Shown here in pieces: positions 55,175-64,000 of a DNA stretch of 64,000 nucleotides (positions within the stretch are counted from its first letter, which is position 1; every line of letters starts with the position of its first letter). A program made the translations under genes and the position numbers. The DNA is from an uncultured Alphaproteobacteria bacterium. GTDB taxonomy: Bacteria; Pseudomonadota; Alphaproteobacteria; Sphingomonadales; Sphingomonadaceae. Where the stretch lies: NCBI GenBank assembly GCA_963740025.1, contig CAVUCI010000011.1:294825-358824 (forward strand). The letters run 5' to 3'. The notes beneath the pieces were generated by a model. That model saw nothing but the letters and a program-made list of their open reading frames with translations, was not told the origin of the DNA and searched no databases.

Positions 55175-57364
55175 ATGGCCAGACGAGGAAGCCGCCGCGC
55201 AGCGGGTGAAGCGCAGCGGCGGCGGCAATCGACAAAAGCGAAGCGCGAGGCGACCGGTTGGCGGCTATGGCTGCGCCGCGCGGTACTGTGGGGCGGCGGG
55301 GCCGCAGTGCTGGCGGCGATCTTCGTCGCGCTCGCGGTCCTTTTCGCCGCCCGCTCGCTGCCGAGCTATGCTTCGCTCAAGGCGAGCCAGCCGGGCCAGA
55401 CGATCGTCGTACGCGCCCGCGACGGGACCGAGCTAGTCGAACTGGGGCCGAGCTACGGCAAGTGGCTCGATAGTTCGCAGATTCCCGAGGTCATGAAAGA
55501 CGCGATGGTGTCGGTCGAAGACCGGCGCTTCTTTTCGCATCCCGGCGTCGATCCGATCGGGCTTATGCGCGCGGTGTATGTCTGGATCACCGGAGACCGC
55601 CGCCTTCAGGCAACATCGACCCTGACTCAGCAACTCGCGCGGAACCTCTTCCTCAATTCCAACCGATCATTCGACCGCAAGGCTCGCGAGATTATTCTGG
55701 CGATGGCGTTGGAGAGCAAGTTCTCCAAGCAGCAAATCCTCGAGCTATACCTGAATAAGGTCTATTTTGGCGGCGGTGCGTACGGGGTGGATTCAGCCAG
55801 CCGCAAGTTTTTCAGCCATGATGCGACGCATTTGTCGACAGCCGAGGCGGCGATCATCGCTGGCCTCGTCAAGGCGCCGAGCCGCTATTCACCGACGGCC
55901 GACATCGACGCGGCAGTGGGACGCGCGAACGTCGTCCTCAGGCTGATGCGCGAGCAGGGGCGGATCAGTGCGAGCGAGGCATCGGTCGATCCAAGCACAG
56001 TGAAACTGAAAAAGGATTCGAGCCAGAACTCGGTCCGCTATTTCACCGATTGGGCGCTTCCGCAGCTCGATATCCTGCTGCCCGAAACGTACGAGCCGAT
56101 CGAGGTCTGGACCACTCTCGACGTCGGGATGCAGCAGGCGGCGGCGACCTCTATCAAATCTAACGTGCCCAAGGGTGCGCAAGGTGCCCTCGTATCGTTG
56201 GATCGCGACGGCGCGATCCTGGCAATGGTCGGGGGGACCGACTACGTCACAACTAATTATAATCGCGCCACCGAAGCAGTGCGTCAGCCCGGCTCCGCGT
56301 GGAAGCTGTTCGTCTATCTCGCCGCGCTCGAAGCCGGATACACACCAGACGACCGGGTCAAGGATGTGCCGGTTACGATCGACGGCTGGAGCCCGCGCAA
56401 CGACGGGCGCAACTACGCGGGCGAGATCGATGTCCGCAGTGCATTCGCCTATTCGAAGAACACCGTAGCCGCGCAGCTTGGTAACGAAGTCGGTTTCGGC
56501 ACCGTCGCATCAATGGCACGGCGGTTCGGCATCACCACGCCGATCTCGACCTATCCCGCGATGGTGCTGGGCACGAGCGAGGTTCGGGTGATAGATCTTA
56601 CCCGTGCCTTCGCCGAAGTTGGCGCGGGAGGCATGAGCATCGAGCCGTTCGGTATCGTCAAGGTCACGACCACCGACGGCGATGTCCTCTACCAGCACGA
56701 GCAAGCCCGCTCCTCGCGCCTGGTGCCGGACTACGTGGCTGCGGGGATGACCGATCTTTTGCAGACGACCGTCAGCACCGGGACCGGGCGCGCTGCACAG
56801 ATTGGCCGGCCGGTGGCGGGCAAAACCGGCACCACGAGCTCAAGCAAGGATGGCTGGTTCCTTGGCTTCTCGAGCGGAATCACGACCGGGGTGTGGATGG
56901 GGCGTGACGACGCCAAGCCGGTGGCCGGGCTCCACGGTGGCACCGCGCCGGCGCGCGCCTTTGCCGCCTATATGAAGTACGCCGTCAAGGATCGCCCGGT
57001 CGAGCAGTTCGACACCGACCTTCAGCTGCCGGAATGGCAGCTCGAACCCGACGAGGAATACATGTTCGGCGGCAATCCCGACGAGTACTACTATATCGAC
57101 GAGCAGGGTAACCTCGTCGAACCGACGCGCCCTGGGCGTGGCCAGACTCCTCCCACCGACCAATTCCCGGTCGAGGGCGAGCAGGTGCCTGGCGCACCGG
57201 TGCGTCGCCAGGGACCGTCGGAAGAGGCCACACAGGCAGCAAGTGACGACTTCCTCGAGAGGGCCACGGGGGAACGGCCTTCTGCTACCCCGGCTCCGCC
57301 GCGACCCCGGCCGAACATCGTGACGACGCCGCCAAATCCCGCCCAACGCCCTCCGGGCAACTGA
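55175..57364 (+). CDS. class A (bifunctional) penicillin-binding protein, PBP1A family
   Basis: Glycosyltransferase motifs EDRRFFSHPGVD and STLTQQLARN. Transpeptidase motifs SAWK (SxxK), SKN and KTGTT. Pro-rich C-terminal tail. Confidence 0.9.
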   Translation: MARRGSRRAAGEAQRRRQSTKAKREATGWRLWLRRAVLWGGGAAVLAAIFVALAVLFAARSLPSYASLKASQPGQTIVVRARDGTELVELGPSYGKWLDSSQIPEVMKDAMVSVEDRRFFSHPGVDPIGLMRAVYVWITGDRRLQATSTLTQQLARNLFLNSNRSFDRKAREIILAMALESKFSKQQILELYLNKVYFGGGAYGVDSASRKFFSHDATHLSTAEAAIIAGLVKAPSRYSPTADIDAAVGRANVVLRLMREQGRISASEASVDPSTVKLKKDSSQNSVRYFTDWALPQLDILLPETYEPIEVWTTLDVGMQQAAATSIKSNVPKGAQGALVSLDRDGAILAMVGGTDYVTTNYNRATEAVRQPGSAWKLFVYLAALEAGYTPDDRVKDVPVTIDGWSPRNDGRNYAGEIDVRSAFAYSKNTVAAQLGNEVGFGTVASMARRFGITTPISTYPAMVLGTSEVRVIDLTRAFAEVGAGGMSIEPFGIVKVTTTDGDVLYQHEQARSSRLVPDYVAAGMTDLLQTTVSTGTGRAAQIGRPVAGKTGTTSSSKDGWFLGFSSGITTGVWMGRDDAKPVAGLHGGTAPARAFAAYMKYAVKDRPVEQFDTDLQLPEWQLEPDEEYMFGGNPDEYYYIDEQGNLVEPTRPGRGQTPPTDQFPVEGEQVPGAPVRRQGPSEEATQAASDDFLERATGERPSATPAPPRPRPNIVTTPPNPAQRPPGN

Positions 57365-57471
57365 CGCCGACCTTATCGCAAGTTAACGCATGTTTCATTC
57401 CTTCCCGGCAAGGTTCTACGCATAAATACAAAGGTCGCTCTCAATATTCTGTCGGTTGAAAGAGCGGATGA

Positions 57472-57795
57472 ATGACAACGCGTACGAATCCTGATCGGCG
57501 ACGGGAGCCGCGTCGTGAAATATTACTCGATGGCAAATTGAACGGCAGTCTTGGAACACGGCGGTCGGTGGCAGTGGTCGACTTGTCGAGCCATGGATTC
57601 AATGCCGAAGTGGGGCCACAGCCGCTCGGTCGGGATGGTGCGTTCAGCGTCAAGCTCGCAGGGCTCGAAACGCTCGGTGCCGAGCTATGCTGGTCGAGCG
57701 AAGAAAATGCGGGCTTTCGTTTCGACCGCCCGCTTCATCAGGCGGTGGTCGATCACGTCGTACGTACCAATCCGTCCTGCAAGTCCGAGGATTGA
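57472..57795 (+). CDS. PilZ domain protein
   Basis: RxxxR (RREPRR) followed by DxSxxG (DLSSHG). 107 aa. Confidence 0.75.
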   Translation: MTTRTNPDRRREPRREILLDGKLNGSLGTRRSVAVVDLSSHGFNAEVGPQPLGRDGAFSVKLAGLETLGAELCWSSEENAGFRFDRPLHQAVVDHVVRTNPSCKSED

Positions 57796-57817
57796 ATGTT
57801 CGTTGGGGGTCGCTGGA

Positions 57818-58246
57818 ATGGGTCGTGTTCACGAAGAAATGCGTGATGGTGTAGTGGGGGAAGAGCGGGATCGACGCAGCGCGATGCGCATCGAGTCCGC
57901 CACCCCGGCGATCGCGCGGATTCCCGCCAGTCCCCATCGTGTCGTGCTCATCGATGTCTCGCGAACGGGTTGCCGGATTCGCGTCGACGGCATTGCCATA
58001 CCTAACGGCGCCACAGTGAATCTCGATTTCGGGCCCGGCCGTCGTTTGACGGGTCAGGTGATGTGGTCCGAAGCGAGGACCGCCGGGGTGCGGTTCGACC
58101 GACCTCTAACGGGTACTCTCGCCGCGGCGCTGGGCGTTGAGCCTGCGGTCGCGGTAGAGGTCGAAATCGAGCCCGCTCCCGCCATCGAGGAGCGGGCGCT
58201 GCGCCTCCCCCACTGGCTCCGCTCGCTTCTCGGTCGCGCTGCCTGA
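57818..58246 (+). CDS. PilZ domain protein
   Basis: RxxxR (RSAMR) and DxSxxG (DVSRTG). ATG 57818 lies within track ORF 57551..58246. The exact start is uncertain. Confidence 0.65.
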   Translation: MGRVHEEMRDGVVGEERDRRSAMRIESATPAIARIPASPHRVVLIDVSRTGCRIRVDGIAIPNGATVNLDFGPGRRLTGQVMWSEARTAGVRFDRPLTGTLAAALGVEPAVAVEVEIEPAPAIEERALRLPHWLRSLLGRAA

Positions 58247-58281
58247 TTTCGCGGAGAGTGGCGCCGTCGATGGAGGCATAA

Positions 58282-58317
58282 AAAAGCCCCGCCGCAGCAG
58301 TGCCGAGCGGGGCTTTT
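58282..58317. terminator. bidirectional intrinsic terminator between the PilZ gene and degP
   Basis: AAAAGCCCCGC (58282-58292) / GCGGGGCTTTT (58307-58317). The A-run and T-run flank a 7-bp GC stem. The flanking genes are convergent. Confidence 0.8.
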
Positions 58318-58337
58318 AAATTTTGAAGCCGACGCAC

Positions 58338-59909
58338 TCAGCGAAGGCGGATGGGTACATAAGTCAGCGGCCGGCCGCGACGCTGGATCCGCAACAGTAC
58401 GCTCTCGCGCCCCGCTGACTTTGCGTCGCGCACGATCGATTCAAGGTCGCCTACTGCATTGACCTGCTTGTAGTTGGCACTGACGACTATATCCCCTCGC
58501 TGCAGACCCTTCTGGCCGGCGTCCGAATTGGAATCGACGCCCAGGATCACGAGGCCCCCGGTATCCGCCGGGACGCCAAGCTGTTGCGCATAACGCGGCG
58601 TCAGCGGCGACACCTGCAGTCCTAGGTCTTGCGCAAGCGCCTCTCCGCTGGTCGCGCCAGTCGCTGGGCTGTCGTCCTCCTGCTGACTGTCACCGTTGAA
58701 CATCTGCGATTGGGCGAGCTCTTCCTCGCTGGGGCGTTTGCCTACGGTCGCGCTTACGGTGCGGCGCTGGCCCTGGCGATAAAGCTCGATCTGGATCCGC
58801 TTACCAGGTGCGATATTTGCGACGAGGTACGACAGGGTCTGGTCGTTGGTAACTTCCTTGCCGTCGACGCGGGTGATTACGTCCCCGGGCTCGATCCCCG
58901 CCTTGTCGGCCGCTTGTCCAGGCTCGACCGACTGGACGAATTCGCCATGGTTCTGCGGCAATGCAAGCGAATCGGCGAGGTCGCCAGCCACCGGCTGGAT
59001 CTGCACGCCGAGATAGCCGCGCTCGATTTCCTGCCCGGTGCGCAGCTTTTCAACGATCGGCGCAGCGATTTCCGCTGGGATGGCAAAGCCGATGCCCACG
59101 CTGCCGCCCGAAGGAGAAAAAATCGCGTTGTTGATGCCAATCACGTTGCCCTGCATGTCGAACAAAGGGCCGCCCGAATTGCCACGATTGATGCTCGCAT
59201 CGGTCTGGATGTAACGGTCGTAAGCGCCGCCCGAACCGGTGTTGCGGTAAACCGCCGAGACGATCCCGCTTGTCACCGTGCCGCCGAGCGCGAACGGGTT
59301 ACCGATCGCGATCACCCAATCGCCCACGCGGGCCTGACTCGAATCACCGAACTTGACGAACGGAAACGGCTCGCGCCGCTCTATCTTGAGGACCGCGAGG
59401 TCGGACGAGGCATCGTTGCCGATCAGTTTCGCGGGCAGTTCGGTCCCGTCCGTCAGCGTTACCGAGATCTCCTCGACTTCGCCGCGACCCTGCGGAGAGA
59501 TGACGTGGTTGTTGGTAACTACGTATCCGTCCGACGAAATGATGAAGCCCGAGCCGAGCGACTGCGCCTCGCGGGTCTGCGGCTGCTGCGCACTTCCGCC
59601 GCGGTTGCCGAACAAGCCTTCGAATGGCGTCCCGGCGAATGGATTCTGCTGCGCCTGTACCTGGATGCGCTGGCGGGTCGAGATGTTTACCACCGCTGGC
59701 TGGAGTTGGGCGGTGAGATCGGCGAAGCTCGCCGGGGCGCCGGCCCGGGGGGCCACGCGAGCCATCTGGCCCTCGTCGTTCTGGGCTACTTGCGCCCCGG
59801 CCGGTTGGCCCGTGATCAGCGAGATGGCGGCACCGCCTACGAGCAGCGCCGAGGTGAGACCATAGGAGTATCGCACGCGCCTGGTTTCCTTCACTTGCAT
59901 ATTTCTCAC
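58338..59909 (-). CDS. degP: Do/DegP/HtrA family periplasmic serine endopeptidase
   Basis: Catalytic GNSGGPLF, HVI and DLAVLK context. Two PDZ-like regions. Signal/anchor region at the N-terminus. Confidence 0.92.
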   Translation of the reverse strand: MRNMQVKETRRVRYSYGLTSALLVGGAAISLITGQPAGAQVAQNDEGQMARVAPRAGAPASFADLTAQLQPAVVNISTRQRIQVQAQQNPFAGTPFEGLFGNRGGSAQQPQTREAQSLGSGFIISSDGYVVTNNHVISPQGRGEVEEISVTLTDGTELPAKLIGNDASSDLAVLKIERREPFPFVKFGDSSQARVGDWVIAIGNPFALGGTVTSGIVSAVYRNTGSGGAYDRYIQTDASINRGNSGGPLFDMQGNVIGINNAIFSPSGGSVGIGFAIPAEIAAPIVEKLRTGQEIERGYLGVQIQPVAGDLADSLALPQNHGEFVQSVEPGQAADKAGIEPGDVITRVDGKEVTNDQTLSYLVANIAPGKRIQIELYRQGQRRTVSATVGKRPSEEELAQSQMFNGDSQQEDDSPATGATSGEALAQDLGLQVSPLTPRYAQQLGVPADTGGLVILGVDSNSDAGQKGLQRGDIVVSANYKQVNAVGDLESIVRDAKSAGRESVLLRIQRRGRPLTYVPIRLR

Positions 59910-59973
59910 TTCTCCCTCGGGCGCGCACTCTCGCCCGCGGGGCTTAACCCTGATTGAACATACCGACGAACGG

Positions 59974-60822
59974 TCAACGCGATCCGCGGAACTGTTTCAG
60001 GTATTCGTTGCTGGGGTCCAGCACGAATGTGCTGCCGGACTTTGAGTCGGCAGCGAACGTCGAATCGTAGCTCTGCATCGCGCGGTAGAAGTCGTAGAAC
60101 GACGGGTCCTTGCCGTATGCCTGGGCATAGATTTTCGCCGCCTGGGCGTCCGCCTCGGCGCGGATGATTTGACCCTTTTTCTGACCCTGCGCGCGCAAAG
60201 TTGCAGCCTCCTGCTGGCGCGCGGTTTCCATGCGCCGGAAGGCTGAAATCAGCGGGCTGCCGTCAGGCAGGTCGGCCTGCTTGATCCGCACGTCGATCAC
60301 CTGCGCGCCATACTTGCGCGCCTGCGTATCAAGCAGCTTGGTGATGTTGGTCATCGTCGTGCCCCGTTCCGCGGTGAGCAGCGAGGCGAAGCTGCGCCTA
60401 CCTAGCTCCTGGCGCACGACGGACGAGAGGATCTGCGACAGTTGGCTGTCCACCGTCGTCAGCGTGCCGGCGGTCTGAACCATCTTGACCGGGTCGATGA
60501 TTCGGTAACGGGCATAGGCATCGACGTTCAAGCGCAGTTGGTCGGTCGACAGCACTGTCTGCGGTTCCATGTCGACCTTAAGGATGCGTTTGTCGATCCG
60601 CTCGACCCGCTCGTAAAACGGGATCCGCAGTACGACGCCTGCACCGGTCTCGCCGAAGGGCCGATCCGGTATGAACCGATTCGCTACCCGGTCGGGGCGA
60701 CCTGCCTGAATGATTACAGCTTCCTGCGTCTCGGGCACGACGACCACGCTGGACCAAAGCGCGACGAGCGCCAGGGCGACCGCGACGATCGAAACCTTAT
60801 GGGTTTCCCAGAAGCCTTCCAT
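59974..60822 (-). CDS. hflC: protease modulator HflC
   Basis: SPFH/band-7 domain. I chose ATG 60822 (GGAGG 6 nt upstream) over the track GTG 60825. Overlaps the hflK stop (TGATG). Confidence 0.9.
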   Translation of the reverse strand: MEGFWETHKVSIVAVALALVALWSSVVVVPETQEAVIIQAGRPDRVANRFIPDRPFGETGAGVVLRIPFYERVERIDKRILKVDMEPQTVLSTDQLRLNVDAYARYRIIDPVKMVQTAGTLTTVDSQLSQILSSVVRQELGRRSFASLLTAERGTTMTNITKLLDTQARKYGAQVIDVRIKQADLPDGSPLISAFRRMETARQQEAATLRAQGQKKGQIIRAEADAQAAKIYAQAYGKDPSFYDFYRAMQSYDSTFAADSKSGSTFVLDPSNEYLKQFRGSR

Positions 60823-61937
60823 CACTGGCCTCCGCTAGTGGATTGATCGGAACCTTGCGCCCGATTCTTCAGCTCAGGCAGGGGGAGGTATGGCGTCACC
60901 CCTTGCGCCTCGATCACGGTTTTGTCGTTATTGCGCAGGACGCGCTCCATCGTCTCGTAATACATGCGCCGCTTGGTAACCTCGGGCGCCAGTCGATACT
61001 GTTCGTAGATCTTGTCGAAGCTCGCCGCATCGCCTTGCGCGCGGGCCAGAACCTGCTGAGCGTAGGCCTCCGCGCGGTTGATTTCGGCGTCGGCGTCCTG
61101 CTGGGCGGCGGACACGTCCTTGAATGCTTCCTCCACCTCCTTGGGCGGATCGGTCTTGCGAATCTGCACACCTTGCACCGCGATGCCCGAACCGTATGCG
61201 TCAAGGATAGCCTGCATCCGGCGCATGACCGACCCTTCGATGTCGGCGCGTCCCGCGCCGGAGAGCACCGAATCAAGAGTCTTCTGCGCGACCGAGGCGC
61301 GCATCGCCGCCTCGGCTGTATCGCGCAGCGTTTGCTCAGGGTCGGCGAGCTGGAAACGGAACTGCTTGAGGTCCTTGATCGACCAGCGGACGTTGTAGCT
61401 GAGGTCGACAAGGTTCTGATCGCCGGTCAGCATCAGCTTCTGCGCGGTACCTTCGGGGATCTGCTCGTCGCGAAACTGGCTGACTTCCTCGATATCGACC
61501 TGCTGGATCGGCCAGGGGAGCGTCGTGCTGAGGCCGGGCGTAAGCGTTCGGGAATACTGCCCGAAGGTGGTGACGATACCCTCTTCCTTTGGCCCCACCT
61601 GGTGGACCATCGACACGCCGAGCCAGACCGCCACGATCGCACCGATCGCGAGTGGGAACCAGCTTCGGCCGCCCGGTCCTTCGGGTAGTCGGAAGCCCGG
61701 CCCCCCGCCCCCGATCCGGCGGCGTGGACCTTCCGGACCGCGGTTCTTGAAGATATCTTCGATGCTCGCCGAACGGCGCGGCTCATCGCTTGGCGGTAAC
61801 CACGGATTGCGTGGACCTTTGCGCGTCGGCTTGTCGGCAGCCGGTTCCTCCGGCGGCCCCGGCTCGGCGTCCCCCGGTTCGTTGCCCGACCCTTTACCGC
61901 CGCCCGGCTTCGAACCCCACGGGCTTTTACCGGCCAT
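60822..61937 (-). CDS. hflK: FtsH protease activity modulator HflK
   Basis: SPFH domain with a Gly/Pro-rich N-terminus MAGKSPWGSKPGGGKGSG. The start is uncertain: ATG 61937 is preferred and ATG 61979 is an alternative. Neither has a clear SD. Confidence 0.85.
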   Translation of the reverse strand: MAGKSPWGSKPGGGKGSGNEPGDAEPGPPEEPAADKPTRKGPRNPWLPPSDEPRRSASIEDIFKNRGPEGPRRRIGGGGPGFRLPEGPGGRSWFPLAIGAIVAVWLGVSMVHQVGPKEEGIVTTFGQYSRTLTPGLSTTLPWPIQQVDIEEVSQFRDEQIPEGTAQKLMLTGDQNLVDLSYNVRWSIKDLKQFRFQLADPEQTLRDTAEAAMRASVAQKTLDSVLSGAGRADIEGSVMRRMQAILDAYGSGIAVQGVQIRKTDPPKEVEEAFKDVSAAQQDADAEINRAEAYAQQVLARAQGDAASFDKIYEQYRLAPEVTKRRMYYETMERVLRNNDKTVIEAQGVTPYLPLPELKNRAQGSDQSTSGGQ

Positions 61938-62053
61938 CGCGAGCCCGATCACGCGTCCCAACCCATCCTTTGTGTCCATGGGGTCACTTATAGGTAGCAT
62001 CGGGCGGAAAAACAGGGGTTGCACGTCCGATTTTGCTGCTAGTGCCCCGGCGC

Positions 62054-63022
62054 ATGGATGAAAGCACGCTGAAGGATCTCTTGCCCCGGACAATCGCGGC
62101 GCGAGTACGGTCGCTGAAGTTGCGCGACGGGACTGTCACTGCGATCTTGGACGGGACGGATCTCGCGGCCGGCGCGCGCGGCGACCTAGAGAACGCGGTG
62201 AAGGACTTGCTCCGGGAGACCGAGGGGGTGTCCGAAGTGCGAGTCGCTACAATGGCCGACAAGCGCGCCGCACCGGTGATTATCGCGGTTGGTTCGGGCA
62301 AGGGCGGAGTCGGCAAGTCGACGCTGACCGCCAATCTCGCGGTTGCGCTGGCCCGGACGGGCCGCAAGATCGGCCTTGTCGATGCCGACGTTTATGGCCC
62401 CAGCCAGCCGACGCTGCTCGACACCGAGGGCGTGCGCCCCGAGGCGCGCGGCGAGAAGCTTGTGCCGGTCGAAAGCCGGTTCGGCGTGCCGATGCTGTCC
62501 ATGGGTCACTTAGTCGAGCCGGGCAAGGCGCTTGCTTGGCGCGGGCCGATGGCTTCGGGCGCGCTTGGCCAGCTGATCGATGCCGAATGGGGTGATGTCG
62601 AGCTGCTCCTCTTGGACCTGCCGCCTGGCACCGGCGACGTACAGATCACGATGCTGCAGAAGCACCGTCCGGCAGGCGCGGTGATCGTCTCCACTCCGCA
62701 GGACCTTGCGCTTATCGACGCCCAGCGCGCTGCCGAACTGTTCGCCAAGGGGCCGGTGCCGGTGATCGGTCTGGTAGAGAACATGGCAGGCTATACCTGC
62801 CCCCACTGCGGCGAGGTGAGCGACCCGTTCGGGCGCGGCGGAGTCGAAGCGGCAGCGAAGGGGGCGGGCCTGCCTTTCCTCGGCCGCATCCCCCTTACCC
62901 TTGCCTTGCGCGAGGCGAGCGATGCGGGCGAGCCGCCGGCGGCGGGCGAGGGCGAGGTCGCCGATCATTTCATTGCTATCGCACACAAGATTTCCGACTG
63001 GCTCGACAAGAGGCCGGCTTAA
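62054..63022 (+). CDS. apbC: Mrp/ApbC/NBP35 family iron-sulfur cluster carrier ATPase
   Basis: Start is MDESTLKDLL (ATG 62054). Deviant Walker A GSGKGGVGKST. CPHCGE motif. Confidence 0.9.
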   Translation: MDESTLKDLLPRTIAARVRSLKLRDGTVTAILDGTDLAAGARGDLENAVKDLLRETEGVSEVRVATMADKRAAPVIIAVGSGKGGVGKSTLTANLAVALARTGRKIGLVDADVYGPSQPTLLDTEGVRPEARGEKLVPVESRFGVPMLSMGHLVEPGKALAWRGPMASGALGQLIDAEWGDVELLLLDLPPGTGDVQITMLQKHRPAGAVIVSTPQDLALIDAQRAAELFAKGPVPVIGLVENMAGYTCPHCGEVSDPFGRGGVEAAAKGAGLPFLGRIPLTLALREASDAGEPPAAGEGEVADHFIAIAHKISDWLDKRPA

Positions 63023-63025
63023 ACG

Positions 63026-64000
63026 ATGCAGGTCAGCCGCCGGGGCCTTATTGCGGGCGCCGCGGTAGGCGGCGGCTTGCTGGTGGCGTGGGGACTGTGG
63101 CCCCGCGAATATCCGGCGCCGCTCAGGCCTGGGCGGGGCGAGTGGGCCTATTCCGCATGGCTAAAGATCGGGCGCGATGGAGTAGTCACCGTGGCGGTCC
63201 CGCAGCTTGAGATGGGGCAGGGCGTGACGACCATCCTCCCGCAAGTCGTCGCGACGGAGCTGGGTGCCGACTGGCGCACTGTCGCGGTCGAGCTCGCGCC
63301 GGTCTCGGGCGCTTATCCCAACTTGCCGCTGGCGGCGAAGTGGTCGCCGCTCTGGATGCCGTTTGCTCCTGGTCTCGCGGACGATCCGCGCAAGCTGGTC
63401 ACTCGCCGGTGGGCCGAGGCGAGCGGTTTCACCGCGACTGCCGACGGCACCTCGTTCGCCGCCTATGAAGCGCCCGCGCGCGAGGCGGCGGCTTCGGCGC
63501 GGGCGATGCTGTGCATGGCCGCGGCCGAGCGGTGGGACATCGCGTGGGAAGAATGCCAAGTTCACGACGGTCTCGTGGTCCACGGCGACAAGCACCTCAC
63601 GTTTGCCGCGCTGGCCGAGGACGCGGCCGCCTATGCGCCGCCCGATCCGCCGCCGGTGGCGCCCGAACCCCTTGGGGAAGCACCCGTCGCAGTCGGAGAG
63701 ACCGTGCAGGGGTCCTATCAGCGACTCGATCTGCCGGCCAAGGTCGACGGCACGTTTCCCTTCGCGGGCGACATCCGCTTGCCGGGGATGCTTTATGCCG
63801 CGATTCGTCAGGGGCCGATCGGCGATACCGAACTCGAAGGGTTCGACGAGGCGGCGGGCGCGAAGGTTCGCGGTCTGCGCAAGGTAATCAGATCGCGCGG
63901 CTGGATCGCCGCGGTGGCGGACACCTGGTGGGCGGCGGAAAAGGCGCTTGCGGCGATGAGTCCCGTCTGGCGTACGACGGGCCGCGCAAGCAGCGAGCGG
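63026..64000 (+). CDS. xanthine dehydrogenase family molybdopterin-binding subunit (IorB-like), N-terminal part; continues beyond the right edge
   Basis: Open to the window end, so absent from the track. My translation: MQVSRRGLIAGAAVGGGLLVAWG (Tat-like) ... WLKIGRDGVVTVAVPQLEMGQGVTTILPQVVATELGADW. Confidence 0.75.
   Translation, partial: MQVSRRGLIAGAAVGGGLLVAWGLWPREYPAPLRPGRGEWAYSAWLKIGRDGVVTVAVPQLEMGQGVTTILPQVVATELGADWRTVAVELAPVSGAYPNLPLAAKWSPLWMPFAPGLADDPRKLVTRRWAEASGFTATADGTSFAAYEAPAREAAASARAMLCMAAAERWDIAWEECQVHDGLVVHGDKHLTFAALAEDAAAYAPPDPPPVAPEPLGEAPVAVGETVQGSYQRLDLPAKVDGTFPFAGDIRLPGMLYAAIRQGPIGDTELEGFDEAAGAKVRGLRKVIRSRGWIAAVADTWWAAEKALAAMSPVWRTTGRASSER

Overview
High-GC (by eye, not computed) alphaproteobacterial chromosome segment, Sphingomonadales-like in gene content (HWE-type kinase, DUF4167, hflKC-degP). 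It is mostly core genome. I support about 55 protein genes. Housekeeping genes include hisS-prfA-prmC, lnt, metK, polA, groES-groEL with a CIRCE operator, rplJ-rplL, rpoB-rpoC, hflK-hflC-degP, apbC, msrB and a class A PBP. I found no rRNA, tRNA, CRISPR array, transposase or integrase. Many long ORFs in the supplied track are antisense shadow ORFs typical of GC3-rich genomes. Two real genes that run off the window edges are missing from the track: an M61 peptidase at the left edge and an IorB-like molybdoenzyme subunit at the right edge. I see no clear-cut novel system, only candidates. (1) A co-directional cluster of protein-modification homologs: two transglutaminase-like paralogs (one with Ser at the expected catalytic His), a Host_attach protein, and a PIMT-erythromycin-esterase fusion, with a divergent FGase-family amidohydrolase. 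(2) An orphan intrinsic terminator preceded by CU-rich anti-SD-like tracts, a candidate sRNA or attenuator, just upstream of a Cdc48/VCP-like double AAA+ ATPase. (3) Broken rplJL-rpoBC synteny, with a small-peptide/DUF2975/YozG-like HTH module and a nested palindrome in an AT-rich divergent promoter region. (4) A Met/His-rich outer-membrane barrel paired with a DUF2946 protein, possibly copper-related. (5) scoA and scoB split by a translationally coupled HAD-phosphatase-like lipoprotein. All functional calls rest on motif recognition in the translations. No database search was run.
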